DNA from: Actinomycetes bacterium | GTDB lineage: Bacteria; Actinomycetota; Humimicrobiia; Humimicrobiales; Humimicrobiaceae | DNA: 64,000 nucleotides | Direction: 5' to 3' | Assembly (NCBI GenBank): GCA_022396035.1 | Contig: JAIOXO010000007.1 | Coordinates: 2,473 to 66,472 of the forward strand | Shown: positions 11,101 through 21,362 of the stretch, in pieces | How the letters are laid out: each line of letters starts with the position of its first letter | Position numbering within the stretch: position 1 is the first letter of the stretch | Position numbers and translations under genes: made by a program | The notes under the pieces: generated by a model | What the model saw: the letters and a program-made list of their open reading frames with translations, nothing else | Databases searched by the model: none | Told to the model about the DNA's origin: nothing

Positions 11101-11638
11101 GGTAAAAATTACCCTCTCCAAATATATTCAAATATGTATCCAGGGCTTTTTTGGCCAGGTCATCCCTTCCCGCCTGAAACATCTTGGGTATCTTTCCGGA
11201 TATGCAACCGCTTAAAGCCAGGATTCCTTCACTGTACTGCCTCAGCAGCTCTTCATCTATTCTGGGTTTATAATAGAAACCTTCCAGAAAGCTCATGCTT
11301 ACCAATTTCATAAGGTTCTGGTAACCAGTCTTATTCCTGGCCAGCAGGGTAAGATGAAAGGGGGCCGAGTCCTTAAGACTGCTGCCGCTGGCCTGTTTAA
11401 GATGCCTGCTTTTGGGGGCCTGGTAAACCTCACAGCCTATAATAGGCTTTACTCCCTGGCTCACCGCCTGCCTATAAAAATCTATGATGCCGTACATTAC
11501 TCCGTGGTCGGTCAGGGCTACCGCCGGCATATTAAGCTGTTTTGCTTTCTGAACCAGTTCTTTTATACGAACTGCCCCATCCAGCAATGAATACTCGCTA
11601 TGAACATGTAAATGGACAAAATTATTCTTCGAAGCCAT
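8099..11638 (-). CDS. dnaE: DNA polymerase III alpha subunit
   Basis: N-terminal PHP domain (HLHVHSEYSLLDGA), 1179 aa, Pol III alpha motifs throughout. Confidence 0.92.
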   Translation of the reverse strand: MASKNNFVHLHVHSEYSLLDGAVRIKELVQKAKQLNMPAVALTDHGVMYGIIDFYRQAVSQGVKPIIGCEVYQAPKSRHLKQASGSSLKDSAPFHLTLLARNKTGYQNLMKLVSMSFLEGFYYKPRIDEELLRQYSEGILALSGCISGKIPKMFQAGRDDLAKKALDTYLNIFGEGNFYLEVQDSGIPGQEQVNTQLVDFSRKYGVPLVATNDVHYLEQEHSRAHDALLCIQTGSTINQTDRLKFSSNEFYFKSYQQMFKKLGHYPQAVENTLDIAEKCNVELEFGLSLIPPYRVPSSHSPDSYLKEICYKGAEDRYGELTPEIKQRLEKELSVIEKMGFSEYFLIVWDFVQFAKKNNIRVGPGRGSAAGSIVSYVLKITDIEPLKYGLLFERFLNEERKSMPDIDIDFCYEKRSEVIKYVTQKYGENRVAQLITFGTMAARQAIRDAGRVLEVPYAEVDKIAKMIPMELNVTIQNSLDQVADLKEMYEKDATIKEVIDTASSLEGICRQDSIHAAGVVISAQDLFNYTPIQREGNEDIVTQYKMEDVQEIGLLKMDFLGLKTLSLIDKTLFFISKTKNIDIDTDTLDLEDKKTFRMLSDGECLGVFQLESSGMRELVINLKPSRFEDLVALLALYRPGPLQSGMVSDFVEAKNGRKKINYPHPSLKPILESTYGIILYQEQVMAIASELAGFTMSEADILRSAISKKKRKLLARQKTKFLQGAKGKGIEEKTAQKVFELINHFAEYGFNKSHSTAYAMISYQTAYLKANYPVEFMAALLSIRMGSQEKVAQYVNETRRLGIEVLPPDINESYSDFTVVTDSIRFGLSAIKNVGSNVIEEIEKERKKGGKFEDFIDFCQRITSAALNKKTLESLIKCGAFDSLKLSRKFLLEHYERIVEETLKVRKDRQAGQFSLFDSQEGQQEDVMLGSLMEKAAGYGEFAQKELLNFEKEMLGLYISGHPLKEFSQALRSLTPLHQLADLRDKTNIEVGGIIAGIKSIFTKNNKQMLFVTLEDISESVEIIVFPNVLEKNKDVLLEEKIVRIAGRLDKKEDQFKIIASEVSLLGREDSHTVPVQTASDNQEASVKKPAAKVILSIEEQSLNHDLIDKLYQLLKDNQGQTKVELMVVKNGNGGHRKKFHLPHDFCIDFNHSFVDKLKDNFSDNVHWQEVPTEERSNFA

Positions 11639-11641
11639 ATA

Positions 11642-13309
11642 TCAATAAACCACCCTATACATCTCTTCCAAGGAAGTAACTCCTTCAGCTACTTTTTCTG
11701 CCGCTCTTTCCAACAAAGTTTTCATTCCCTCTGACCGGGAAGTTTCGGTTATATCATCAACACTTCGTCTTCGCAGCAGCATTTCCCTAATCTTTTTAGA
11801 AACCACCAGCACTGAAAATATGCCGGTTCTGCCCTTGTAGCCCAGATTATTGCATTTGCTGCAACCTACCGCTTTATAAATCTTGTGTCCTTTTAAGACT
11901 TCCATTGTATCCTGGTCAATATTATAATTTTCAAGGTCTGCTTCCACCTTGCATTCTTCACACAGGACCCTCACCAGCCTCTGGGCCACTATTCCGCTAA
12001 TAGCCGAAGAAATCATATAGGATTCCACTCCCATCTGAAGCAGCCGGGCCAGAGTAGAAGGTGCATCATTGGTATGGAGAGTGGTAAGCACCAGGTGCCC
12101 GGTTACCGCAGCCTGCATAACTATCTTGGCTGTCTCCAGATCCCTGATCTCTCCCACCATAATTATATCCGGGTCGCTTCTAAGCATGGCCCGTAAACCC
12201 CTTGAAAAATCCATCCCTATTTTGGAATTAACCTGAACCTGCATAATGGAGCCCAGCCTGTATTCCACCGGATCCTCTATGGTAAATATTTTCTTGTCCG
12301 GGCTGGATATCTTATTCAGGCTGGCATAGAGGGTGGTGGTCTTGCCCGACCCGGTAGGACCGGTAATAACTATGGACCCGTGCGGCTGGACAATCATTTT
12401 TTTAAATTTCTCTTCATCTTCCTCTTCCATGCCCAGATTCTTGATATAGAAAAGGTTTTCGCTTACATTCAGCAGCCTTATAGTAATATTCTCCCCAAAA
12501 ACGGTTGGTATGGAGGCAAACCTCAGGTCAATGGTATTTCCATGATAATTAAAAGAACTTCTTCCGTCCTGAGACAGCCTGCTCTCAGTTATATCCATGC
12601 CTCCCATTATTTTATATCTGGAAATAAGCAGTCGCTGCACCGTTTTAGGAACATCTTTGATCTTCTGCATAACTCCATCTATTCTGAACCTTATGGAGCA
12701 ATTCTTTTCCTGGGGTTCTATATGTATATCGCTGGCTCCCATAGAAATAGCCTTCAGTATGATCCGGTTGGCCAGCTTGACCAGGGGATTTCCTTCCACT
12801 ACCTCGTCTTCAAACTTTTCAGTTATGATAAAGTCCTGGTCATCTATTATCTCTTTTATCTCCTGCAGGCTGTAGTCATCACTCATAAATATTTTTATAG
12901 CACTATCTATATTATCCTTGGTGGCTATATAGGGCTTTATATTATAACCGGTAATAAGCCTGATCTCATCTATAAGGTTTATATCCAAAGGATCAAACAT
13001 GGCCACGGACAAACTATTGTTCTCCAGGTTAAAGGAAAATACCTTTCTCCTGGAGGCAAAATCCCTGGGTATTAAATTTACCACCCCGGGTTCAATGGAT
13101 TCCTGATTTTGTACCAGGTCAATGGTCTCAAAGCCTTTCTGAAAAGAGAGGACTTCTACCAGCTCCTCGGCAGTGATATAGCCCTTGTCTATCATAATCT
13201 TACCCAGCTTTTCACCGGATTTTTCCTGGGATTTTAATGCATTTTGCAGCTGTTCCTGGGTTATAAGGTTTTTTCTTAAAAGAATCTGCCCCAGTCTCTC
13301 TCTATCCAA
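11642..13309 (-). CDS. pilB: type II secretion / type IV pilus assembly ATPase (GspE/PilB family)
   Basis: N-terminal T2SSE_N domain, Walker A GPTGSGKTTT, C-terminal tetracysteine (CEEC...CSKC) zinc motif. No other pilus genes adjacent. Confidence 0.85.
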   Translation of the reverse strand: MDRERLGQILLRKNLITQEQLQNALKSQEKSGEKLGKIMIDKGYITAEELVEVLSFQKGFETIDLVQNQESIEPGVVNLIPRDFASRRKVFSFNLENNSLSVAMFDPLDINLIDEIRLITGYNIKPYIATKDNIDSAIKIFMSDDYSLQEIKEIIDDQDFIITEKFEDEVVEGNPLVKLANRIILKAISMGASDIHIEPQEKNCSIRFRIDGVMQKIKDVPKTVQRLLISRYKIMGGMDITESRLSQDGRSSFNYHGNTIDLRFASIPTVFGENITIRLLNVSENLFYIKNLGMEEEDEEKFKKMIVQPHGSIVITGPTGSGKTTTLYASLNKISSPDKKIFTIEDPVEYRLGSIMQVQVNSKIGMDFSRGLRAMLRSDPDIIMVGEIRDLETAKIVMQAAVTGHLVLTTLHTNDAPSTLARLLQMGVESYMISSAISGIVAQRLVRVLCEECKVEADLENYNIDQDTMEVLKGHKIYKAVGCSKCNNLGYKGRTGIFSVLVVSKKIREMLLRRRSVDDITETSRSEGMKTLLERAAEKVAEGVTSLEEMYRVVY

Positions 13310-13391
13310 ATCTTGCGCCCTTCCTAATACCAGTTAATATCATTGACTTAATTATAATATAAGTTAATTATTGCCACAAAGGGATTAGTAA

Positions 13392-14162
13392 TTAACTTTC
13401 CCGGCAATGTTTTTTATTTATAATTCCTGCTGTATAACCTGCGCCAAAGCCATTATCTATATTGGTCACCACTACCCCCGGGCTGCATGAATTCAGCATG
13501 GTTAGCAATGCTGATATTCCCCCCAGACTGGCTCCATAGCCCACACTGGTGGGCACCCCTATTACCGGGCAGCTTACCATGGCCCCGATTACCCCGGGAA
13601 GCGCCCCCTCCATTCCAGCCACACATACTATTACTCTGGAATCCTGGAGCTGCTGACGGTAATTTAACAATCTATGCATTCCGGCAATACCCACATCATA
13701 AATTTTTTCCACCTTGTTTCCCATAAGATAGGCAGTTATTGCTGCCTCCTCGGCCACCGGTATATCCGAGGTGCCTGCGCAAACCACAGTAATACCTGAA
13801 CATAATTCCTGCCCATCGGCTACCGGGGTATATATAATTTTTGCCTCCGGGTTAAAACTTATATCCGGCATCTTTTGTTTCAGTTTCAGGTAAGCCCGGT
13901 GGCTGGTCCTGGTTACCAGCAGTAATCCTGAATATTTATTTATCTTCTCCGCTATTTTTAGAAGTTGCTCATCGGTTTTATTCTGGCCAAAAATTACTTC
14001 AGGAAAATCCCTCCTGATACTGCGGTGATGATCAATTTTGGCAAAGCCGAGGTCTTCAAAGTAAATATCCTTTATTCTGGATAAAGCCTCACCTTTATCC
14101 AGCTGGCCGCTCCTGTATTCTTCAAGTAGTTTTTCCAAGATGTTGTTTATCTGTTGGTTCAT
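13392..14162 (-). CDS. larB: nickel-pincer cofactor biosynthesis protein LarB (PurE-like carboxylase/hydrolase)
   Basis: PurE-like C-terminal half (VCVAGMEGALPGVIGAMVSCPVIGVPTSVGYG...) with the ~100 aa LarB-type N-terminal extension. Confidence 0.7.
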   Translation of the reverse strand: MNQQINNILEKLLEEYRSGQLDKGEALSRIKDIYFEDLGFAKIDHHRSIRRDFPEVIFGQNKTDEQLLKIAEKINKYSGLLLVTRTSHRAYLKLKQKMPDISFNPEAKIIYTPVADGQELCSGITVVCAGTSDIPVAEEAAITAYLMGNKVEKIYDVGIAGMHRLLNYRQQLQDSRVIVCVAGMEGALPGVIGAMVSCPVIGVPTSVGYGASLGGISALLTMLNSCSPGVVVTNIDNGFGAGYTAGIINKKHCRES

Positions 14163-14217
14163 TTTAGAAAAAAATAAAGTGCATATCTAAACTTAATTTA
14201 TAACACATATGCACTTT
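14163..14217 (-). terminator. rho-independent terminator downstream of hppA (perfect 11-bp stem AAAGTGCATAT/ATATGCACTTT followed by a U-tract on the minus strand)
   Basis: Inverted repeat 14176-14186 / 14207-14217. Minus-strand downstream sequence is ATTTTTTTCT. Confidence 0.6.
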
Positions 14218-14236
14218 ATTTAATAATTAATTTTTT

Positions 14237-16411
14237 TTAAAAATGGAATAATTTTCCTGAAAGATCCACCACCAATACCGCTGTTTCTATGGAAACCACA
14301 CTAATAAGTTTAATCAAAATGTTCATAGATGGTCCCGCGGTGTCCTTAAGGGGATCACCCACTGTGTCTCCTACTACCGAAGCAGCATGTTCGAGTGTAC
14401 CGCTGTTACCCTCCTCTTCTATTTTCTTTTTGGCATTATCCATGGCTCCTCCGGCATTGGACATGAAAATAGCCTGGGCGAACCCGGACAGCAGGGTACC
14501 GATAATCAGGGCCACTACTCCTCCCGGGCCCAGAACTATGCCTACCACCACCGGTATGGTAAAAATAAGAATACCGGGAGCAATAATGCCCCTCTGTGCT
14601 GCCCTGGTAACTATGGTGATGAAAGCTTTTGGATCCCCTTTTCCTTCTCCAGCCATAATCTTTTTAATCTGTTTTCGGGCTTCAATGACCACCTTGTTGG
14701 CTGCCCTGCTTACTGCCCCTATAAGCATGGAGGTAAACAGGAAAGGCATGATAACCCCTATAAACAGGCCGGCAAGTATCTTGGGGTCCCTCATAAAGTC
14801 CAGCACCACTTTTACATCTAGAAGCTCTATTTTGGAAAAATAAGCCTGTCCCAGAGCCAGAGCGGTTATAGCCGCGCTGCCGATCAACAGGCCCTTGCCT
14901 ATGGCCGCAGTGGTATTTCCAACTGCATCCAGCTTATCGGTAGTTTTTCTAACCTGGGGAGGAAGCTCGGCCATCTCAGCAATGCCTCCAGCATTATCAG
15001 CAATAGGCCCGTATACATCTATGGCTATTACAAATGGAGAAGTAGAAAGCATGGCTACGGCAGCCACCGCTACTCCATACAGGCCCATCTGGTAATTCAT
15101 GGCACCACCGGAAACAAAGAAGCTGACCAACATAATCGCTATTACCGTAAGCGCCGGAAGAATAGTTGATTCCATGCCGTAAGCCAGGCCGTTTACCACC
15201 AGAGTGGCAGGTCCGCTGTTGGCGCTATCTACAATATTGCGGGTAGGCCTGTACCTGGCATCGGTGTAAAGCAGGGTAAACAGCCCGATAAGAAAACCGG
15301 CTAAAAGCCCTCCTATGGAAGCATAGAAAAGAAAATTATACTCTGGCCCCATCAAAAACCTTACTATAAAAAAGGTAATGGCCATAATTATTACAACCGT
15401 TACCAGTATTCCCGACAGAGTGGTTCCGGTAAGCATGCTAACCGTTGATGTTTCCCTGTGCCGGCTTACTATATACTTGATAATAAATATGGCAATAATG
15501 GAAGCAACAGCCCCTGCGGTTGCTATAATCATGGGAAGCATTATGCTGTTTAAAATAAGGGGAGAATCCTTAAAAGCTAGAAAGCCCAGAAACTCGGCAG
15601 CAATAATTGAACCAACCCAGGATTCCAGTGCATCTGCCTTCATTCCACCCACATCTCCTACATTGTCCCCAACATTGTCAGCTATGGTAGCAGGATTACG
15701 GTAATCATCTTCCTTTAATCCTGACTCTACCTTGCCTACATAATCTGCCCCCATGTCTGCAGCCTTGGTAAATATTCCTCCGCCGGTTCTCATAAAAAAG
15801 GCCGCAAAACTGGCACCAATGGTAAAGGTTACAAGTATATTTACCACATTATCCAGAGTCATTGTCTGGCCTGAACCAGACCGGCCATACCACCAGTAAA
15901 GGATATTGAACCAGAAAGCAGTATCAAAAAGAGCCACTGTAGCCAGCAGCATACCTGATGCAGAAGCAGCAGTAAAAGCAATATTCATAGCATGGCCCAG
16001 CCCCTTTTCCTGAGCCGCATGAGTAACCCTGGAGTTGGCAGTGGTAGAAATCCACATACCGATATAGCCAATTAAAAGGCTAAAACCCATTCCGGTAGCA
16101 AAAGCAGGTATGGAAGCAAACTGCAGGTAGCCAAACTTAACCATTATTCCCAGTAAAGCAGTAATCACCACAAAAAAAATGGAAATAATTTTAAGTTGCT
16201 GATTGAGGTAGGCCCTGCTGCCTGTAAAAATAGCATCAGAGATTTCTCTCATTCTTTGGTTTCCCCTGCTCTGCCTGCTAACCAATCTGGCAAATACTAC
16301 CGCCAGCACCAAAGAGATAAGTGATCCGATAAAAGGTAGAATCCTAATAAATAACACCAATACCTCCTGAAATAAAGCAATAATTAATTTGAATAGCCCA
16401 CAAACTGGCAA
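14237..16411 (-). CDS. hppA: membrane-bound H+(or Na+)-translocating pyrophosphatase
   Basis: 724 aa polytopic protein with V-PPase signatures (GGG..., [24 protein letters not shown]). Confidence 0.9.
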   Translation of the reverse strand: MPVCGLFKLIIALFQEVLVLFIRILPFIGSLISLVLAVVFARLVSRQSRGNQRMREISDAIFTGSRAYLNQQLKIISIFFVVITALLGIMVKFGYLQFASIPAFATGMGFSLLIGYIGMWISTTANSRVTHAAQEKGLGHAMNIAFTAASASGMLLATVALFDTAFWFNILYWWYGRSGSGQTMTLDNVVNILVTFTIGASFAAFFMRTGGGIFTKAADMGADYVGKVESGLKEDDYRNPATIADNVGDNVGDVGGMKADALESWVGSIIAAEFLGFLAFKDSPLILNSIMLPMIIATAGAVASIIAIFIIKYIVSRHRETSTVSMLTGTTLSGILVTVVIIMAITFFIVRFLMGPEYNFLFYASIGGLLAGFLIGLFTLLYTDARYRPTRNIVDSANSGPATLVVNGLAYGMESTILPALTVIAIMLVSFFVSGGAMNYQMGLYGVAVAAVAMLSTSPFVIAIDVYGPIADNAGGIAEMAELPPQVRKTTDKLDAVGNTTAAIGKGLLIGSAAITALALGQAYFSKIELLDVKVVLDFMRDPKILAGLFIGVIMPFLFTSMLIGAVSRAANKVVIEARKQIKKIMAGEGKGDPKAFITIVTRAAQRGIIAPGILIFTIPVVVGIVLGPGGVVALIIGTLLSGFAQAIFMSNAGGAMDNAKKKIEEEGNSGTLEHAASVVGDTVGDPLKDTAGPSMNILIKLISVVSIETAVLVVDLSGKLFHF

Positions 16412-16452
16412 TAATTGTATAAAAAACTTCTCGAATAATCAATTTTTTTTGG

Positions 16453-18135
16453 TTATTTTAGAATTGCTCCTTCGGAAGCCGAACCAACATGGCGCCTGTA
16501 AAAATCAAGATAGCCGGTAAACGATTGGGGGACCGGTGGCTTATATTTTTTCCTCCTGCGGTCAATCTCATCCTCCGACAGACTCACTTCCACCTTGCCT
16601 CCTGCAACATCAACTATTATCTCATCTCCGTCTTGGATAATTGCAATAGGGCCTCCTGAAGCTGCCTCCGGACTTATATGTCCCACAAAACAGCCATTGT
16701 TGGAACCAGAGAACCTACCATCTGTAACCAGAGCAACTTCTTTACCCAGCCCCTGCCCATCCAGAAGCTTAAGGGTTTTCCACATCTCTGGCATACCGGG
16801 GGAACCCTTGGGCCCTTCATACCTTATAACCACCACCTGGCCGCCTTCAATTCCTCCTGCTTCAACTATCGAATTTGCCTCTGCCTCGCTGTCAAACACC
16901 CTGGCTTTTCCTTTAAAATAATGAAGCCGGGGATCAATAGCCGAAGGCCTGCAAATAGCGCCCTGGGGAGCCAGATTGCCCTTAAGGGCTTTTATGCCGC
17001 CAAATTTTCCATGAGGGTGGCCTATTTCTGCAATCACCTTACCGGTTTTAATACTGGCTCCAGCTATGTTTTCAGCCACGCTTTTTCCGCTGACAGTAAC
17101 TGCATCCAGATTCAGGTATTCTTTTAACTGATTCATAACCGCAGGCACACCTCCATCTTTATAGAACTCCACCACGCTGTATTTTCCTGCCGGTATCATT
17201 CTGGCTATATAGGGTACCTCCTGGCTTATTCTGCTGAAGTCATCGATGCTGAAATCAATACCGGCATCATGGGCAATTGCCAGTAGATGCAGGACAGAAT
17301 TGGTAGAACCTCCAATTGCAGAATTAAGCATAACCGCATTTTCCAGTGACTTGCGGTTAATAATATCTGTGGAGGTTATAGATTCCCTGACCAGTTCCAT
17401 TATCTGCTGCCCTGTCTCCATGGCTACCTGAAGCCTCTGAGCATTTACAGCCGGTATCATGGCGCTGCCTGGCAGGGAAAGACCCAGAGCTTCAGATATA
17501 CAGCACATAGTGTTGGCTGTTCCCAGCATAGAACAGGAGCCATGGGTAGGCTGGGCTTCATTTTCTATCTGGGTAAATTCCCGGCTGGATATCAGGTTCT
17601 TCTTCATCTTCTCTGCATACATTACCAGCGCAGAGCCATCAATTTCCGTACCGCCATAGGGATTTTCCTTAGAGATTATACCGGGCATCATGGGCCCGCT
17701 GTTTACCAGCATAACCGGTATATCCAATCTGGCTGCAGCCATTAGCATACCCGGAACAATTTTGTCACAGGAACCCAGCAATACCACCCCATCCAGGTGA
17801 TGGGCTTCAACCATGGTTTCAATGCTGGCCGCGATTACTTCCCTGGTGGGAAGTATGTATTTCATGCCCCTGCCTGCCTGGGCTATGCCGTCACAGGCAG
17901 CAATAGTGCCAAATTCCACCGGGGTCCCCCCTCCGACTCTTATGCCCTCCTTGACCTTTCCGGCAATTGCATTGAGCCCAAAATGGCCTGTACATATATT
18001 ATTATAAGAATTGGCCACAGCTATTATGGGCTTTTTAAGATCATTGTCGGTAAAACCCATGGATTTATACAGGGATCTTTTTATGGAGTTTTCAGGACCG
18101 CTCAAGATATGCTTGCTTCTCCAAAACATATACAT
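16453..18135 (-). CDS. ilvD: dihydroxy-acid dehydratase (IlvD/EDD family), copy 1
   Basis: PHRSL-type N-term, [12 protein letters not shown] and Fe-S Cys motifs. 560 aa. Confidence 0.85.
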   Translation of the reverse strand: MYMFWRSKHILSGPENSIKRSLYKSMGFTDNDLKKPIIAVANSYNNICTGHFGLNAIAGKVKEGIRVGGGTPVEFGTIAACDGIAQAGRGMKYILPTREVIAASIETMVEAHHLDGVVLLGSCDKIVPGMLMAAARLDIPVMLVNSGPMMPGIISKENPYGGTEIDGSALVMYAEKMKKNLISSREFTQIENEAQPTHGSCSMLGTANTMCCISEALGLSLPGSAMIPAVNAQRLQVAMETGQQIMELVRESITSTDIINRKSLENAVMLNSAIGGSTNSVLHLLAIAHDAGIDFSIDDFSRISQEVPYIARMIPAGKYSVVEFYKDGGVPAVMNQLKEYLNLDAVTVSGKSVAENIAGASIKTGKVIAEIGHPHGKFGGIKALKGNLAPQGAICRPSAIDPRLHYFKGKARVFDSEAEANSIVEAGGIEGGQVVVIRYEGPKGSPGMPEMWKTLKLLDGQGLGKEVALVTDGRFSGSNNGCFVGHISPEAASGGPIAIIQDGDEIIVDVAGGKVEVSLSEDEIDRRRKKYKPPVPQSFTGYLDFYRRHVGSASEGAILK

Positions 18136-18173
18136 TCCTCTAATAATTAAATAAAATTATTATACTAATAAAA

Positions 18174-19766
18174 CTATTTCATGTTCTGAGTTTTTTCTAC
18201 ATGCATCAAACCGTAAATTATACTGTCCTCCAGAGCCTCCCAGCTGGCCTCTATTATGTTCATAGACACTCCTATGGTGCCCCATGTAGTTTCGCCGTCA
18301 GTGGACTCGATAAGTACCCTGACCATAGCTGCTGTACCCTTCTTCTCATTCAGTACCCTTACCTTAAAGTCGCTGAGTTCTATATTTTCAATTTGAGGGT
18401 AACAATTAATTATAGCTTTTCTTAAAGCCTTATCCAAAGCATTTACCGGACCATTCCCTTCCGCGGTCTCAATAATGCGGTTGCCTTCAATATATACCTT
18501 TACCGTGGCTTCAGACAACATTTCCCCATCAGCTCTTTTTTCATTTAATACCCTGAAGCTCTCCAGGCTGAAAAACTTCTTTTTAATCCCTGCCACATCC
18601 CTTACCAGCAGCTCAAAACTTCCGTCAGCAGCTTCAAACTGATAACCTTTATGCTCCAGGTTCTGAACCCGGTTGAGTATTTCAGAAACTTTTTCCAGAT
18701 CATTTTCCAGATTTACACCAAATTCATTGGCTTTAAGTATTATTGATTTCTTGCCAGAAATCTCAGAGATAAGGATACGCCTGGTATTACCTACCATCTC
18801 TGGCTCTATATGTTCAAAGGCTTTTGAAATCTTGCTAACCCCGCTTACATGCATGCCCCCCTTATGGGCAAACGCGCTCTGACCCACAAAAGGCTGGTGA
18901 TTATTATGGGCCTGGTTGGCTATTTCGCTAACAAACCTGGACAGGCTGGTTATGTGTTTGAGGCTGTCATCCTTTAAGCATTTCTTTCCCAGCTTTATTT
19001 CCAGATTTGGAATAATCTGGCACAGATCAGCATTCCCGCACCGCTCTCCATAACCATTAATAGTGCCCTGCACCATCCTTACTCTATCCACCATATCTAT
19101 GGCATAAACACTGTTGGCTACCGCGCATCCACTGTCATTATGGAAATGTACCCCCAGAGGAACGCTGGTTTTCTCTGCAGTTTTCTTAACTATTTCCAGT
19201 GAATTCCGGGGCAGGAAACCACCATTGGTATCACATAAGACCAGAAAATCAGCACCGGCTTTCTGTGCAGCCTCCAGCGTTTCCAATGCATATCCGGGAT
19301 TTTTTCTGTAACCGTCAAAAAAATGTTCGGCATCAAATATAACTTCGGAAAAATATTCCTTTAAAAATTTTATGGAATCATAGATCATCTCCAGATTGTT
19401 TTCCAGGGAAGTTTCAATAACCTTTTCCACATGCAATGAAGAAGATTTGCCAAAAATACAGACCGTATCTGTATTGGCTTCAACCAGAAGCCTCAGGTTC
19501 TTATCATCCTGAGCCTTCGAATCCTTGTATCTGGTCCTCCCAAAAGCCACGATTTTGGAATAATCATATTTTCTTTTCTTAAGCTGTCCGAATAATTCTT
19601 CATCTTTGGGATTGGAAGCAGGAAAACCCACCTCAACATAATCAATACCAATCTGGTCCAGCTTATCTATGATTAACAGCTTATCCCTTACCGATAATGA
19701 TACGTCTGCGCTCTGGGTACCATCCCTTAAGGTGGTATCAAAGGTATAAACCTTGTTTTCCAGCAT
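18174..19766 (-). CDS. cimA: (R)-citramalate synthase (LeuA-family, TIGR00977-like)
   Basis: DTTLRDGTQS...FPASNPKDEELF N-terminus and 530 aa length with a LeuA-dimer C-terminal domain. Distinct from the canonical leuA in the same operon. Confidence 0.7.
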   Translation of the reverse strand: MLENKVYTFDTTLRDGTQSADVSLSVRDKLLIIDKLDQIGIDYVEVGFPASNPKDEELFGQLKKRKYDYSKIVAFGRTRYKDSKAQDDKNLRLLVEANTDTVCIFGKSSSLHVEKVIETSLENNLEMIYDSIKFLKEYFSEVIFDAEHFFDGYRKNPGYALETLEAAQKAGADFLVLCDTNGGFLPRNSLEIVKKTAEKTSVPLGVHFHNDSGCAVANSVYAIDMVDRVRMVQGTINGYGERCGNADLCQIIPNLEIKLGKKCLKDDSLKHITSLSRFVSEIANQAHNNHQPFVGQSAFAHKGGMHVSGVSKISKAFEHIEPEMVGNTRRILISEISGKKSIILKANEFGVNLENDLEKVSEILNRVQNLEHKGYQFEAADGSFELLVRDVAGIKKKFFSLESFRVLNEKRADGEMLSEATVKVYIEGNRIIETAEGNGPVNALDKALRKAIINCYPQIENIELSDFKVRVLNEKKGTAAMVRVLIESTDGETTWGTIGVSMNIIEASWEALEDSIIYGLMHVEKTQNMK

Positions 19767-19778
19767 TATTTTCTCCCC

Positions 19779-20858
19779 TCAAATACTTTTCTTTATCTGT
19801 GAAATAATTAATTGGCCCATGCGTGAGGTCCCTACCAGCTCTTTACCTTCCTGGTAAATTTCACTGGTTCTGTACCCTTGATCCAGTACATGGCCTACAG
19901 CTTTTTCAATCAGGCTATAAATATCATCCCGCCTGAAAGTATATTTAAGCATCAATGCCACCGACAATATTGCCGCAATGGGGTTGGCTTTATCCTCCCC
20001 GGTTATATCCGGCGCGCTTCCGTGGATAGGCTCATACATGCCCATCATATCCTGTCTTAGAGAAGCAGAAGGAAGCAGTCCTATGGACCCGGATATCATG
20101 GCCGCTTCGTCACTCAGGATATCACCAAACATATTGGAAGCCAGGACTACGTCAAACTGCCCGGGATCCCTTATAAGCTGCATGGTGGCATTATCCACAT
20201 ACAGATGGTTCAGTTCCACATCGGGATACCCGGAACCAATATCAATCACTATTTCTCTCCACAATCTGGAGCTCTCCAGGATATTTGCCTTATCTATGGA
20301 AGTGACCTTTTTCCTTCTCTGCCTGGCAAATTCAAAAGCAAGCCTGGTAATCCTTTCAATCTCATAATCTGCATAAAGCATGGTATCAAAAGCCTGGATA
20401 TGCCCTTCTTCTTCTATCCGGTTACGGGGTCCAAAATAAATGCCTCCGGTAAGTTCCCTTACCACCAGTATATCCACATGTTCCAATAACTGCGGCTTTA
20501 AAGCCGAAGCCGATACCAGAGAATTAAAGATCTTTACAGGCCTTAAATTGGCATAGAGGCCCATCCCTTTTCTCAGGGCCAGCAAAGCATCCTCGGGCCG
20601 GGGTTTGCCGGGATCGGTTGACTCCCACCTGGGTCCGCCCACTGCGCCCAGCAGGACTGCATCCGCCTGCTTACATTTTTCTAACACTCCATCGGTTACC
20701 GGTTCACCGGATTCATCAATACTGGCTCCGCCTGCCAGGCCATACTCATAATCCAGGTTTAAATTAAACTTATCATTTATAAGGTCCAGGACCGCTACCG
20801 CTTCCCTGACAATATCCGGTCCTATGCCGTCGCCCGGCAAAATAATTATCCTGCTCAT
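19779..20858 (-). CDS. leuB: 3-isopropylmalate dehydrogenase
   Basis: MSRIIILPGDGIGPDI..., isocitrate/IPM dehydrogenase family. 359 aa. Confidence 0.9.
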   Translation of the reverse strand: MSRIIILPGDGIGPDIVREAVAVLDLINDKFNLNLDYEYGLAGGASIDESGEPVTDGVLEKCKQADAVLLGAVGGPRWESTDPGKPRPEDALLALRKGMGLYANLRPVKIFNSLVSASALKPQLLEHVDILVVRELTGGIYFGPRNRIEEEGHIQAFDTMLYADYEIERITRLAFEFARQRRKKVTSIDKANILESSRLWREIVIDIGSGYPDVELNHLYVDNATMQLIRDPGQFDVVLASNMFGDILSDEAAMISGSIGLLPSASLRQDMMGMYEPIHGSAPDITGEDKANPIAAILSVALMLKYTFRRDDIYSLIEKAVGHVLDQGYRTSEIYQEGKELVGTSRMGQLIISQIKKSI

Positions 20859-20861
20859 ATA

Positions 20862-21362
20862 CTATTCCTGACTGCCCAACTGTTTTTTTACAAAATTTAT
20901 GTAGCCTCCGCTTTCAATTACTCTCTGTATGAATTCTGGAAGCGGTTTTATGTTATAAGTTTTATTCTGGGTTAAATTATTAATAATGCCCTGGCTTAAA
21001 TCTACATCTAATTCATCTCCATCTTTAATCTGGCCGGCTGCTTCCCTGCTCTGTATAACCGGTAAACCTATATTTATAGCATTCCTGAAAAAAATCCTGG
21101 CAAAGGAGGCGGCAATTACCAGTTTAACCCCGCTGCCCTTAATAGCCAGCGGTGCATGTTCGCGTGAAGAGCCGCAACCAAAGTTCTGGCCGGCCACTAC
21201 TATCTTTTTGCTTTTCAGCTTGGCCTCAAAATCCTCATCCAGATCTTCAAAGCAATGTGCGGCCAGCTCATCGGGGTCACTGGTATTAAGATATCTGGCT
21301 GGTATTATTACATCAGTATCAACATTATGGCCATACTTTAAAGCCTTATCCCTGATAATCAT
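20862..21362 (-). CDS. leuD: 3-isopropylmalate dehydratase small subunit
   Basis: LeuD/aconitase swivel domain. Start assigned to ATG 21362 (MIIRDK...), which overlaps the leuC stop as ATGA. The ORF-track upstream extension is unlikely. Confidence 0.85.
   Translation of the reverse strand: MIIRDKALKYGHNVDTDVIIPARYLNTSDPDELAAHCFEDLDEDFEAKLKSKKIVVAGQNFGCGSSREHAPLAIKGSGVKLVIAASFARIFFRNAINIGLPVIQSREAAGQIKDGDELDVDLSQGIINNLTQNKTYNIKPLPEFIQRVIESGGYINFVKKQLGSQE

Noticed and set aside
12380-13075. 231-aa plus-strand ORF inside pilB
   Set aside because: It is antisense to a well-supported GspE/PilB gene. It has low-complexity hydrophobic/Tyr-rich composition and no RBS, so it is a shadow ORF.
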